Shown piece by piece: positions 8,361 to 17,591 of a stretch of 64,000 bases of DNA. The position numbers were made by a program, and so were the translations under genes. Source of the stretch: a phage; the sequence record PX994957.1; one strand, 5' to 3'. Position 1 is the stretch's first letter; each line of letters opens with the position of its first letter. The notes beneath the pieces are model-generated. The model saw only the letters and a program-made list of their open reading frames with translations. It was not told the origin of the DNA and made no database searches.

Positions 8361-10177
8361 TACTGGCTCATCCATTCTTTACGAAGGTCAGCATTATCTC
8401 CCATGAGCATTTCAAAAAGCTCTTTCCAGTTCTCAGGAAGTTTAACAACATCATATACTGGATTTTGAATCATCTCACGATATTCAGATTTTTCCAAAGA
8501 GCCAAGTCCCTTAATATAACGGATGCTATGTTTAGGTAGAGCATCTTTAGCACTCTCATATTCAGCGACTGTATAAAACCATTCTTGTTTTTTACCGACC
8601 TGAGCGATGATTACAGGAGTTTTGACAAAGCGAATTCGTCCTTGCTCAAACAATTCTGGCCAATTACTAAAAAATCCGAGCAGAGAAGGATAAATGCTTC
8701 CTAGACCATCATGGTCAGCATCGGTCATAATAGCAATATTATGATAATTCAAGTTTTCAGCTTTTTCACCAAGAACTAATCCAGTGATTGCGCAAATATC
8801 AAACAGTTCTTTGTTTTTAAGCATATCAGCATATGACATACCCCAACTGTTGAGAACTTTACCACGCAATGGATAACCACCGTGAAGTTCTTTATCACGA
8901 ACATCAATAAGATATCCGATAGCAGAATCACCCTCAGTCAAGAAAAGAGTAGTGTCAGCATCTTTACCACAAAGATTCGCTTTGATATGTTTATGAACCT
9001 TAGCTTTAGAAGCCTTTTTAGCTGCTTTAGTTTCTGCCGCTTTTTCTGCTGCCAATTTACGGGCCAAGGCAGCTTCAATAATTGGCATCAAAATAGCTTC
9101 ATTATTTAGAATAGCGCGTGAAATCTTTTTAGCATCAAGTTGAATATGACTACGAATTTCGCCAAATGGAGAAGTCAAACGCTCTTTAGTCTGAGAATCA
9201 AATCGCATGTTTTTCATATCACGAACAAACATAACGATAGTCAAACATTCTTTAACACGTGCTTTAGTCACATCAATTTTGAACTTACGTTTGATTTGTG
9301 GAATAAGGTCTTCACAAATATCATCCATAACACAGTCAATGTGATGGCCACCATTCTTAGTGTGAATGTTATTCACATAAGTTAATTGACGAAATCCATC
9401 CGGTGAACGACCAACAGCAATAGAACAATTTTCTTGTTCTTGAACAATAGCATGCTCATCATATTGGCGTGCATATTTCTTAAAATTACCCTGAACCTTT
9501 TTACCATTAAAGGTAAATTGAATATCAGGATAAACGACAGCAAGTGTCTGGAGACGATCCAGTGTAATGTCAAGATAAACCTGAGACAGCTCATTAGTTT
9601 CAAATGACATAAAATCAGGAATGAAAGTAACACGAGTTCCTTTCCATTTTCCAGGAATAGTTTCCCAGGATTTATTTTCCATACCATTTGAACAACGAAC
9701 TACAATATTATTTTGACCATCGCCAGTTTCACCGACAAACATCACAGAAAAAATGTTTGTCAAACTAGAACCAACACCATTCATACCACCGGTGACGCGT
9801 TCTTTATCATCACCGAAGTTACCACCTGCTTTTGGAATAGTCCAGGCAGCAACAGGACCAGGAATTTCTTCACCGGTAGGTGTTTTAACCATCGCTTGTG
9901 GAATACCGCGACCGTTATCTTCAACTGTTACCTGATTATTTTTAATGGTAACATTAATTTTATTCGCGAATTTAAACTTAGTACGAATACCTTCATCTAC
10001 TGAGTTATCGATAATTTCATCAATAAGCTTAACAAGACCAGGTACATACTGAACACTTTCCCATTTACCAAACAGAAAGCGCTCATGCATTTCATTAGCA
10101 GAAGAGCCAATATACATGCCGCTACGCTTTTTGATATGTTCAATATCGCTCAGAATTTTAATTTCATTCTTAATCAT
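8360..10177 (-). CDS. 39: DNA topoisomerase II large subunit gp39, unsplit (no gene 60)
   Basis: 605 aa from ATG 10177 (SD GAGGATAAGTG); MIKNEIKILSDIEHIKKRSGMYIG; GHKL ATPase and TOPRIM regions contiguous in one ORF. Confidence 0.92.
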   Translation of the reverse strand: MIKNEIKILSDIEHIKKRSGMYIGSSANEMHERFLFGKWESVQYVPGLVKLIDEIIDNSVDEGIRTKFKFANKINVTIKNNQVTVEDNGRGIPQAMVKTPTGEEIPGPVAAWTIPKAGGNFGDDKERVTGGMNGVGSSLTNIFSVMFVGETGDGQNNIVVRCSNGMENKSWETIPGKWKGTRVTFIPDFMSFETNELSQVYLDITLDRLQTLAVVYPDIQFTFNGKKVQGNFKKYARQYDEHAIVQEQENCSIAVGRSPDGFRQLTYVNNIHTKNGGHHIDCVMDDICEDLIPQIKRKFKIDVTKARVKECLTIVMFVRDMKNMRFDSQTKERLTSPFGEIRSHIQLDAKKISRAILNNEAILMPIIEAALARKLAAEKAAETKAAKKASKAKVHKHIKANLCGKDADTTLFLTEGDSAIGYLIDVRDKELHGGYPLRGKVLNSWGMSYADMLKNKELFDICAITGLVLGEKAENLNYHNIAIMTDADHDGLGSIYPSLLGFFSNWPELFEQGRIRFVKTPVIIAQVGKKQEWFYTVAEYESAKDALPKHSIRYIKGLGSLEKSEYREMIQNPVYDVVKLPENWKELFEMLMGDNADLRKEWMSQ

Positions 10178-10204
10178 CACTTATCCTCGTTTGGTTTCGG
10201 GAAT

Positions 10205-10232
10205 ATTATACTCCGGCAATCATAAAGCTAAA
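10205..10232 (-). promoter_or_regulatory. candidate MotA-dependent middle promoter for gene 39
   Basis: TATAAT at 10205-10210 with MotA-box-like TAGCTTTA 12 nt upstream (one mismatch to TGCTTtA). Confidence 0.4.
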
Positions 10233-10246
10233 GGCCCGAAGGCCTT
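10231..10246 (-). terminator. UUCG-loop hairpin after lipoprotein gene
   Basis: AAGGCC CGAA GGCCTT immediately after stop at 10247. Confidence 0.45.
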
Positions 10247-10507
10247 TTATTTAAAACGAATAGTTGAATCCTTAAAGAACAACCCAGAACATACTGTTCC
10301 TTCTACTTTCTGCCCAGTAGGTCCAATAGCACGAAATCCAGTATGTTGGAAATCATTTTCAGAGCAACCGAACCAATTATATCCAGTGATTTCAATATTC
10401 GTAAAACCACTCGATGATAAAATTTTAGTTGCATTATCAGCATCAGTACATCCTACTAAAGATACTGCTAATACTAATGCTGCAATAGAACGATTAATAT
10501 ATTTCAT
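10247..10507 (-). CDS. predicted lipoprotein (signal peptide + lipobox LVGC)
   Basis: 86 aa from ATG 10507; MKYINRSIAALVLAVSLVGCTD. Confidence 0.6.
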   Translation of the reverse strand: MKYINRSIAALVLAVSLVGCTDADNATKILSSSGFTNIEITGYNWFGCSENDFQHTGFRAIGPTGQKVEGTVCSGLFFKDSTIRFK

Positions 10508-10512
10508 AGTTT

Positions 10513-10887
10513 TCACTTAAATTTAATGGCTTGAAGGAGACTAATAATTCTCAAACGGCTTCTTTCATCTTTAACTGTAAAAGAAAGAGGGTCGCCAGAT
10601 TTCATAGTGATAGTGCATTCAAAATCAAAATCTTCAGGAACTTCTTCGAAGAAGTCAAATTCTTCATCATAAATTAGAACTTCACTCCGCAGACTGTGAA
10701 GAATTTTTCCAGCATTTCTGCTAGTTGCTGTACTAATCATTGTAACATTATGACCTTTCATATCTTCAACGATAAATTCGCTTGTAGATATTACGGCATT
10801 AATAGAACCATTCCTATTACTAGCAGAAAGTAGATATTTCTTTTCTTCACCTTCGCGAACACGATATTTCTTACCGATTTTAAACAT
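10513..10887 (-). CDS. hypothetical protein (39.x-type)
   Basis: 124 aa from ATG 10887 with SD AAGGGTGA; track start is GTG. Confidence 0.55.
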   Translation of the reverse strand: MFKIGKKYRVREGEEKKYLLSASNRNGSINAVISTSEFIVEDMKGHNVTMISTATSRNAGKILHSLRSEVLIYDEEFDFFEEVPEDFDFECTITMKSGDPLSFTVKDERSRLRIISLLQAIKFK

Positions 10888-10889
10888 AA

Positions 10890-11066
10890 TCACCCTTTAA
10901 GTAAATCGTAAAAACCGCCATTCACATGCTTAGGAGCAGAAGGCCGACGAGTAGACAAACGATGACATTTAGGGCAAACATCATTTTCTCGTTCAGAAAT
11001 CTTTTTAATTTTTTCATATTCATGCCCGCAATCTTCGGATTGGCATTTATAATCATACATTGGCAT
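10890..11066 (-). CDS. 58-aa zinc-ribbon protein (FmdB-like CxxC..CxxC)
   Basis: MPMYDYKCQSEDCGHEYE...CPKCHRL; ATG 11066 with SD AAGGAATAAT; absent from ORF track. Confidence 0.55.
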   Translation of the reverse strand: MPMYDYKCQSEDCGHEYEKIKKISERENDVCPKCHRLSTRRPSAPKHVNGGFYDLLKG

Positions 11067-11068
11067 AA

Positions 11069-11494
11069 TTATTCCTTAAAGTGTGCTTTCAACATCTGAT
11101 ACAAAGACCATGCCTGTTCATTATTTTCAATAGTAACTTTCATGACCGGGAATTCTGTGAAATCTTCTATTTGTTCTTGCTCTTTCTCTTCCTGCTCTTG
11201 CTCTTCAGCTGCCTGGTATGGATTTTCCACTTCATCAAAGAACACAGCTTCACTCGTTGAAAGCCAGATAAAATCTTCATCCAAAATATCTTTACCAGAA
11301 GATAACGCCAATTTTCCACTAGATGTCACAAGTTTAGTAGGACGACCAAGATAGTCAATATCTGTAACTCTAAAAGGTTCCATACCAAGACGTCGTGCAT
11401 AAATTCCGTTTTCAGTATGGTCCTTGATAAAATCTTCTTGAGCTTGTTTATTTTTAAATTGATACCATTTATTAACTTCAAATTTAATAGCCAT
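11069..11494 (-). CDS. goF: GoF-like protein
   Basis: 141 aa from ATG 11494 (SD GGAAGGAAAC), equal to T4 goF length as recalled; position between 39.x ORFs and cef. Confidence 0.6.
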   Translation of the reverse strand: MAIKFEVNKWYQFKNKQAQEDFIKDHTENGIYARRLGMEPFRVTDIDYLGRPTKLVTSSGKLALSSGKDILDEDFIWLSTSEAVFFDEVENPYQAAEEQEQEEKEQEQIEDFTEFPVMKVTIENNEQAWSLYQMLKAHFKE

Positions 11495-11709
11495 TAATAA
11501 GTTTCCTTCCAATAAGTTGTACCATCTTCAGTAATTTCGCGAAACACACCATAAATTGGTTGTTTATCACCAACTTTTTCGTACACATAAACCGAAGTCA
11601 AGTGAGTAAACTTATTAGTATGTTCCTTTTGAACTACTACAAGATTTGGATCAAATAATACATCTTCAAATTCGTCATTAGTGCAATTCTGAACAATTTT
11701 ACGTTTCAT
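11494..11709 (-). CDS. cef: Cef-like protein
   Basis: 71 aa, equal to T4 cef length as recalled; stop overlaps goF start (ATGA). Confidence 0.55.
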   Translation of the reverse strand: MKRKIVQNCTNDEFEDVLFDPNLVVVQKEHTNKFTHLTSVYVYEKVGDKQPIYGVFREITEDGTTYWKETY

Positions 11710-11722
11710 TACAATTTCCTCA

Positions 11723-11992
11723 TTAATTGAACAGTGGAGCGATGCGTTTCAGAAGAGTAGCAGCACCTTTAGCGAATTTTACATCATGAAAAACAGTTTC
11801 TTCTTCCGTTACAACACGAGCTTTAATGTTTTCACAATCCCAATTTTTGCGAACAATCTTCAAAAGCTGCAGTAAATCTTTACATTCAGCAATATCGATA
11901 ACACATCCACGAGAATCTTCCATTATTGCACGATAACCGTAAGCCATACCATAATCGTTGAAAGATTGCTCGATGATAATTAAGTTTTCCAT
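11723..11992 (-). CDS. hypothetical protein
   Basis: 89 aa from ATG 11992 with SD GGAGAATAAA; track start is TTG in promoter leader. Confidence 0.55.
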   Translation of the reverse strand: MENLIIIEQSFNDYGMAYGYRAIMEDSRGCVIDIAECKDLLQLLKIVRKNWDCENIKARVVTEEETVFHDVKFAKGAATLLKRIAPLFN

Positions 11993-12034
11993 TTTATTCT
12001 CCAAGTTATTTTCTGTATCAGTAGTTGATATTGA

Positions 12035-12064
12035 TATAGTACCATAATCAACTACTGATGTATA
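12035..12064 (-). promoter_or_regulatory. early promoter variant inside a 12-bp inverted repeat
   Basis: TACTAT -10 (12035-12040) with weak -35 ATATACA; arms TCAGTAGTTGAT / ATCAACTACTGA flank the -10. Confidence 0.35.
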
Positions 12065-12088
12065 TAGTTTTATGAAAAAATTTAAACT

Positions 12089-12586
12089 TTATGCACAGCG
12101 AGCTTTGCTATAGTGTTTAATCCAGCTTTCAGGAATGACTTTGTATGTTCCTAAAAATACCGCGTTGTACAGCTTAACACCGTCTTCTACCCACTGATCG
12201 GTAATGTATGCGCACATAGCACGAGTACGGTGTTTTTGAACAACCCCTTCCTCATCTTCAGTAAATTCGAATTCATAAGGAGCAACGAACTTAATAGCCT
12301 GACCGAGTTTCCACTTAAAGTATACACCTACATGCGAAGTATCAATCGTTTCAATTCCTTTAGCAGGAACAGCTTTCAAAAACGCAGATTCAAGAAATTT
12401 CGCACGAACATAGCCAAACTGAGGTTTAGACTTTCCATCTTTAGGAATGATACGCACTTTTACTTCAGAATCTTCATCTTTAACGCCGTGTTTAAGCTGA
12501 ATGCTTACAATTTCGACCAATTTTCCTGCTGCTTTAGAACGGGATTTATCAGATACACGAGCAATTTCACCAATATTAATAATCAT
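12089..12586 (-). CDS. motB: MotB-like protein
   Basis: 165 aa (T4 MotB about 162 aa); position between cef and dexA; shares C-terminal DQW(V/I)EDGV motif with next ORF. Confidence 0.6.
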   Translation of the reverse strand: MIINIGEIARVSDKSRSKAAGKLVEIVSIQLKHGVKDEDSEVKVRIIPKDGKSKPQFGYVRAKFLESAFLKAVPAKGIETIDTSHVGVYFKWKLGQAIKFVAPYEFEFTEDEEGVVQKHRTRAMCAYITDQWVEDGVKLYNAVFLGTYKVIPESWIKHYSKARCA

Positions 12587-12630
12587 AGTTATCTCTCACT
12601 TGTTAAAAAGATTTTATACTCCACAGGACC

Positions 12631-12660
12631 ATTATACTCTGGTCCCAAGAGTTTGTAAAC
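12631..12660 (-). promoter_or_regulatory. T-even early promoter upstream of motB
   Basis: GTTTAC (12655-12660), 18-nt spacer, TATAAT (12631-12636); -10 bracketed by GGACC/GGTCC inverted repeat. Confidence 0.55.
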
Positions 12661-12662
12661 TA

Positions 12663-13202
12663 TTAATTCAAAATAGCTACCACTGCACTACGAGGTACTA
12701 CGCTAAAATCACCTGCATGAACAACGTTCAGAAGTTCAACACCATCTTCAATCCATTGGTCTGTTACCCAACCACAGACCGAAATAAATGGAGTCTTGAT
12801 AGCTACCGCACGAGTTAAAAGGTCAGTAGGATCGCATTCTTGAAAGAGGATGAACTCTGCTTCAAAGACTATAGTTTTAATTACTTCATCATTATCTAAG
12901 CGATGTGCTCGAATCACGTAAGCTTTATTTTTATCATACCAGTTACTTTTTGAAAAGCTTTTAACCACAAACTCACCTTCACCAAAAACACTAGTCAATG
13001 CTTTATAACCCAAATTTAGTTCAGTTGTTTTAATTTCAGTTTCAACTAGTTTGTAGGTTTTGCCGATTTCAATAGCGGTAGTCATAGTAGGTTCCTTAAT
13101 TTCCAGTGGTTTAACAGGGCATACATAAGTGCTTACAACATCAAAATCAATCAGTTTAGCTACCGGATTTGGTATGTATTCAGGATTATAATTAAATTTC
13201 AT
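12663..13202 (-). CDS. MotB paralog
   Basis: 179 aa; C-terminus VTDQWIEDGVELLNVVHAGDFSVVP parallels motB ITDQWVEDGVKLYNAVFLGTYKVIP. Confidence 0.55.
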   Translation of the reverse strand: MKFNYNPEYIPNPVAKLIDFDVVSTYVCPVKPLEIKEPTMTTAIEIGKTYKLVETEIKTTELNLGYKALTSVFGEGEFVVKSFSKSNWYDKNKAYVIRAHRLDNDEVIKTIVFEAEFILFQECDPTDLLTRAVAIKTPFISVCGWVTDQWIEDGVELLNVVHAGDFSVVPRSAVVAILN

Positions 13203-13204
13203 AA

Positions 13205-13705
13205 TTATCTCATTTCAATAAAATCTACAAGTTCAGCATGGGATTTACGGAACATTACTTGATGCCCACCAATAATAACTTGGTCATCTGGTACTTCGTA
13301 TACAGCAAGATAAAATCCTTTCGAAGATAATTCTTCACGCTCTTCTCGTGTGAACCATCTCATCATATCATATTCGCTAGCAAAAGCAAAATGATAAAGA
13401 GCTATAAACCATCCGGGAATATGATATTCTACTCCAACATAATCTTTCTTGAACTTAGTATTAATTACGATATTAGCATTTTTAACTAATAGTTTATCTT
13501 CGTGTGGTAAAGGAATTCTTTTATTATTATCGCTATGATGCATAAAATTAGGTCTGTCATAACCTACGTGTAATAGCCACTCTTCGCTCCATGAATCTAT
13601 TATACTCCTGTACGGCGTTATTTGAACACAAAGATTTCGACGTATTGTTATAGCATCTTCATAATCAAGAATACTAAACGATGATTCAACACGATAAATT
13701 TTCAT
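13205..13705 (-). CDS. hypothetical protein (motB.x-type)
   Basis: 166 aa from ATG 13705 with SD GAGGATAATAAA; track N-terminus is promoter read-through. Confidence 0.55.
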   Translation of the reverse strand: MKIYRVESSFSILDYEDAITIRRNLCVQITPYRSIIDSWSEEWLLHVGYDRPNFMHHSDNNKRIPLPHEDKLLVKNANIVINTKFKKDYVGVEYHIPGWFIALYHFAFASEYDMMRWFTREEREELSSKGFYLAVYEVPDDQVIIGGHQVMFRKSHAELVDFIEMR

Positions 13706-13732
13706 TTTATTATCCTCAGTAGCTATGGTGTT

Positions 13733-13762
13733 ATAATACCACAACTAACCGAGGAAGTAAAC
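13733..13762 (-). promoter_or_regulatory. T-even early promoter
   Basis: GTTTAC (13757-13762), 18-nt spacer, TATTAT (13733-13738). Confidence 0.5.
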
Positions 13763-13768
13763 AACTTT

Positions 13769-14452
13769 TTATCGTTTTGTTGGAAGAGATAGAGGATCGC
13801 ATTCTTCCTCTGATGGAGCGTCTTCAAGACCCATAGCATACCGCAAAGCATACTTCATCATCAGGATGTCTTTCGCACAGTCATGAATAGAATCATGTGC
13901 AACGAATCCATCTAAAGTTCCCTTTGGAAGAGGACAAGTGGTCATATCACGAACAAGTAGAAGTGCTTCAATTCTGGTACGAATATCACGCTGATTCCAG
14001 AATTTACACGGTTCTAACTTAAATGTATCAAGCTCATTCTCGGAAACGCCATTAAGACGTTGAATATCACGAATGAGATCGACTAAAATTGGAAAATCAA
14101 ACGACATTCCACGGCACCAACCCTGAGATTTCCAAGGATCGATATTATGCGCATTGATGTAATCATTGAATTTTGCAATACCATCAATAGTGCTTACATC
14201 TTCATCTGACGGTGCAATATTTTTTCGAGCTTCAGGGGATTGATTCTTCCACCATTCGATAGTGCTTTTAGTAAAAAGACGATGTCCTTTTTGGCTTTTT
14301 AAATCAAATTTGATTTTAATGCCACGTGAAACTAATTCATCGAATGTTTCAACGACTTCTGGATTAGGGTCAAAAGCAATTACAGCTAAATCAATAACAG
14401 CTGCCTTTTCGCCGCTTCCCATTGTTTCAAAATCTATAATAAAATCAAACAT
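13769..14452 (-). CDS. dexA: DexA exonuclease A (DEDDh 3'-5' exonuclease)
   Basis: 227 aa, equal to T4 DexA; FIIDFETMG and HDSIHD motifs; SD AAGGAAAAT. Confidence 0.88.
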   Translation of the reverse strand: MFDFIIDFETMGSGEKAAVIDLAVIAFDPNPEVVETFDELVSRGIKIKFDLKSQKGHRLFTKSTIEWWKNQSPEARKNIAPSDEDVSTIDGIAKFNDYINAHNIDPWKSQGWCRGMSFDFPILVDLIRDIQRLNGVSENELDTFKLEPCKFWNQRDIRTRIEALLLVRDMTTCPLPKGTLDGFVAHDSIHDCAKDILMMKYALRYAMGLEDAPSEEECDPLSLPTKR

Positions 14453-14694
14453 TAAATTTTCCTTGCTAAATCGCGAATTTGACCTACAGTATAGTCTTGA
14501 ATATAAACTTTATTAATAGGCTCATCAATAAATTTTGCAATAGATTCAATGTCTTTTTGTATCTCTTCAAGACTGTATACTATCTTTGAAGCTTTTTCGC
14601 GAATAGTAATATTTTCAGGACCCGGATTTTCTTCAATGACAGCTTTAACATTTGTCATAAGAGATTTAAACTGACACCAACTTAATTCAATCAT
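14452..14694 (-). CDS. hypothetical protein (dexA.1-type)
   Basis: 80 aa; ATG 14694. Confidence 0.5.
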   Translation of the reverse strand: MIELSWCQFKSLMTNVKAVIEENPGPENITIREKASKIVYSLEEIQKDIESIAKFIDEPINKVYIQDYTVGQIRDLARKI

Positions 14695-14932
14695 TAATAA
14701 TCGCCTTATAAAGATAGCTAATTTCGCCTAAAATATAATCATTGATTGTAACAGTTTTCACTTCACCACAAAAGAATTCTAACGCAATTAAATCTCGTTC
14801 AATTTCTTCTAATTGAAGCCTCAACTTACTAGATTCTATTTTTACAGTTTCACGATTTTTGCTATAAGCAATTTCATAAATTTCGCTTACTTTATCTTGA
14901 AGAAGATAAAACTGATCTTTAGTTATTTCCAC
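14687..14932 (-). CDS. hypothetical protein (dexA.2-type), GTG start
   Basis: 81 aa from GTG 14932 preceded by SD GAGGAAG; no in-frame ATG near 5' end. Confidence 0.45.
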   Translation of the reverse strand: MEITKDQFYLLQDKVSEIYEIAYSKNRETVKIESSKLRLQLEEIERDLIALEFFCGEVKTVTINDYILGEISYLYKAIIND

Positions 14933-15179
14933 GAATAGCTTCCTCAAATTTAATTAGTAATTTACAGACACTTTCATCTAGTGTAATTACCGTATCTGTA
15001 TTACTGTGATATGATTGTTTTTCAATTCGTTTAATTGCTAATATAGTATCACTTATAAGATAAAGCTTATGAAGGAGCTCAGCTCCTGTTACCATAACAT
15101 TAAGATTATCTTGCTTATTAGTATGCTTCCTTATACCATCTATTAGACGATTTAAATATTTTGAATTGATGTTAATCAT
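14919..15179 (-). CDS. hypothetical protein
   Basis: 86 aa; ATG 15179 with SD GAGGATAT overlapping dda stop. Confidence 0.5.
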   Translation of the reverse strand: MININSKYLNRLIDGIRKHTNKQDNLNVMVTGAELLHKLYLISDTILAIKRIEKQSYHSNTDTVITLDESVCKLLIKFEEAIRGNN

Positions 15180-15185
15180 ATATCC

Positions 15186-16505
15186 TCACACATAAAATAC
15201 GTCATAACGACCACGGGTAACACCAACATAAAGAAGCTGCTGAGCTAGTTCAGCATCTGCATAATGAATACAAGGCGTATAAATGAAAGCACGGTCTACA
15301 GACATACCCTGAGCTTTATGGAATGTTGATGCAGGAAGCGCTTTCACTTTACTAAACTGTGATTTAGCATCCCAAAAATCACTCCACGGAGCTTTTCCGC
15401 CTTTATTCCAATTTTTATAAGTTTCTGCCGTTTTACCTAAAAACAGGTTAAACTTATATAGCTCTTCATCAGATGAAATTATTTTAATCTTTTCACGATA
15501 ATATTCATCATCGCCGTAAGTTTCTACTGTTAAATCCCAATGACGAATTAAGTATTCTCCAGGAACACCACGAGCTTTAACAAACGTTGATGTATACTCT
15601 GCTTCTATAATACGAACTAATTGTCCATTATTAAAAATAATTTCTGATACAGGCTTTCCATCAATTTTATATGTTTTAATTAATGGTTCCTGCATTACAA
15701 TAATTTCACCGACAATAAAATCTTTATCAGTTTCAAAAATCTTTTTACGAATAATGCTATTTAACTTATCAACAGATTTATTCGTAAATGCCATTACGCG
15801 ATTTTCAAACAAATCATCTAAAGATTTGACGATTGAAAAATAATTTACCATAAAATCGCGTAAAGCGGTATCACCAGTAAATCCACGTACTCCATGCCCG
15901 TCAACAACTTTATCATAAATCCACTTACCGTTACGAACATCAGTAGCTACATCAATAATAGGAGCATTACTGCGTTTAACTTCAGTAAGTTCACATTGAT
16001 AAAAATCTTTGTGTGTAAAGAATGGACTGATATAAGCAGTATTTTCTCCTGGATCAACAGGTCTAATTTGCTTATTATCACCTATTCCAATTATTGTGCA
16101 CCACGGCGGAATAGTTGAAAGCAGAATTTTAAATAGCTTTCTATCATACATTGACACTTCGTCGCAGATTAATACCCTGCATTTAGCTAAATCTGGTACT
16201 TCCTTCTGTTCAAAAAGAACGTTTTCTTCATACGTAACTGGGTTAATTTTAAGAATACTGTGAATAGTACTCGCTTCTTTCCCCGACAGTTTTGAAAGAA
16301 TCTTTTTAGCTGCATGAGTAGGAGCTGCCAAAATGATACCAGTTTCACCCGTAGATATTAAAGCTTCAATGATGAACTTAGTAAGAGTAGTCTTACCAGT
16401 ACCAGCAGGTCCATTAATAGTTACATGATGTTTCTTTTCTTTAATAGCCCTCATAACGATGTTAAAGGCATTTTTCTGGCCTTCTGTCAAATCATCAAAT
16501 GTCAT
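15186..16505 (-). CDS. dda: Dda SF1 DNA helicase
   Basis: 439 aa, equal to T4 Dda; Walker A GPAGTGKTT; helicase motifs throughout. Confidence 0.93.
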   Translation of the reverse strand: MTFDDLTEGQKNAFNIVMRAIKEKKHHVTINGPAGTGKTTLTKFIIEALISTGETGIILAAPTHAAKKILSKLSGKEASTIHSILKINPVTYEENVLFEQKEVPDLAKCRVLICDEVSMYDRKLFKILLSTIPPWCTIIGIGDNKQIRPVDPGENTAYISPFFTHKDFYQCELTEVKRSNAPIIDVATDVRNGKWIYDKVVDGHGVRGFTGDTALRDFMVNYFSIVKSLDDLFENRVMAFTNKSVDKLNSIIRKKIFETDKDFIVGEIIVMQEPLIKTYKIDGKPVSEIIFNNGQLVRIIEAEYTSTFVKARGVPGEYLIRHWDLTVETYGDDEYYREKIKIISSDEELYKFNLFLGKTAETYKNWNKGGKAPWSDFWDAKSQFSKVKALPASTFHKAQGMSVDRAFIYTPCIHYADAELAQQLLYVGVTRGRYDVFYV

Positions 16506-16813
16506 CGGAAAGTCCCTGCAATTGGAATACTAACAATACGCCCAGTATCTAGAATTCGTTGATATAATCTTTGTGTATCTACATCAGGCTTAACATGTTT
16601 AACTTCTATTTTATTAAACCAAAACTTGCGTGGAGTCTCAACTAGTCTTGGAATTCCCATACCTAAAGCTAGTTTATATTGGTCTTTGAGAGTAGTAAAA
16701 ACTCTATCAGCAATCTCTCTTTCAAAAAATACAGCAGGACGATGTTCATCAAGTGGAACTGGCGCCGTAAATCCGTCTTTGTCTCGGTAAACTATCGCAT
16801 ATACATAAACCAT
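16502..16813 (-). CDS. hypothetical protein (dda.1-type)
   Basis: 103 aa; stop overlaps dda start. Confidence 0.55.
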   Translation of the reverse strand: MVYVYAIVYRDKDGFTAPVPLDEHRPAVFFEREIADRVFTTLKDQYKLALGMGIPRLVETPRKFWFNKIEVKHVKPDVDTQRLYQRILDTGRIVSIPIAGTFR

Positions 16814-16814
16814 A

Positions 16815-17561
16815 TTATCCTCGGATAAGTTTAAAAATTGAACAATTTAGTGGGTATCCTCTTTTCAGTTTAAGTTTATCAATAAAAGACAAGTTTTGAT
16901 ACCGCTCTACACCTTGAATAATTTTATCACACATATCATATTGCATTTCTGCTTCTGACAACTTTTTCACAATTTTCCAATCCGAGCCTTTAAGAAGAAC
17001 GTTCAGTTTAACAACTTCAGCGCCTTCTGCTATGCGAGAACCATCAATACGAGCTTTAAGTGCTATAATCCTTAGCTTAATGTCAGAGGTCTGTTTTGAT
17101 TTAGAAAGCTGAGAAATGTGTTCAATTCGATTTTCACGCTTTTTCTGTATAGCTTTAATTTGATTATAAGTCTTTTTGATTTTAGCCCATTTCTTTTCAT
17201 CTAAATTTAGTTTATGAACTTTTTTCGCAGATGAACGACCAATTCGCAAAGCAAATAAATCCCGTTTTTCAATCAACTCTTCTAAAGTATAATCAGAACG
17301 AAATGTATTATACTTTTTCTTTACTGCAATAACGTTCCCTTTAATGTATCCAATGTTATTATCAAAACGTTCTAATGATAATTTCTCTCCTTCAATACGA
17401 TTATCAAAAGGTTCTCCTGAATAGGCACAAACTTTTTGATCTAAAATGTTCTTAATGTAATTGAAGTCTAAGTTAAAATCTTTAGAACGTCTTTTTGCAG
17501 ATGCCTGAGTATGCTCTAAACGACGTTTAATTTTACGAATTTGGTTATTAGACAGTTTCAT
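16815..17561 (-). CDS. srd: Srd-like protein (sigma-mimic host-takeover factor)
   Basis: 248 aa basic protein between dda.1 and modA, the T4 srd position; assignment by position and size only. Confidence 0.5.
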   Translation of the reverse strand: MKLSNNQIRKIKRRLEHTQASAKRRSKDFNLDFNYIKNILDQKVCAYSGEPFDNRIEGEKLSLERFDNNIGYIKGNVIAVKKKYNTFRSDYTLEELIEKRDLFALRIGRSSAKKVHKLNLDEKKWAKIKKTYNQIKAIQKKRENRIEHISQLSKSKQTSDIKLRIIALKARIDGSRIAEGAEVVKLNVLLKGSDWKIVKKLSEAEMQYDMCDKIIQGVERYQNLSFIDKLKLKRGYPLNCSIFKLIRG

Positions 17562-17591
17562 ATTTTTCTCACGGACGGTTAACTTACTTAT

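Noticed and set aside
16815-17561. Possible HNH homing endonuclease at the srd position (CAYSGEPFD...GYIKGN segment)
   Set aside because: The motif match is weak; size and position between dda.1 and modA fit srd, and no flanking intron or disrupted target gene is present
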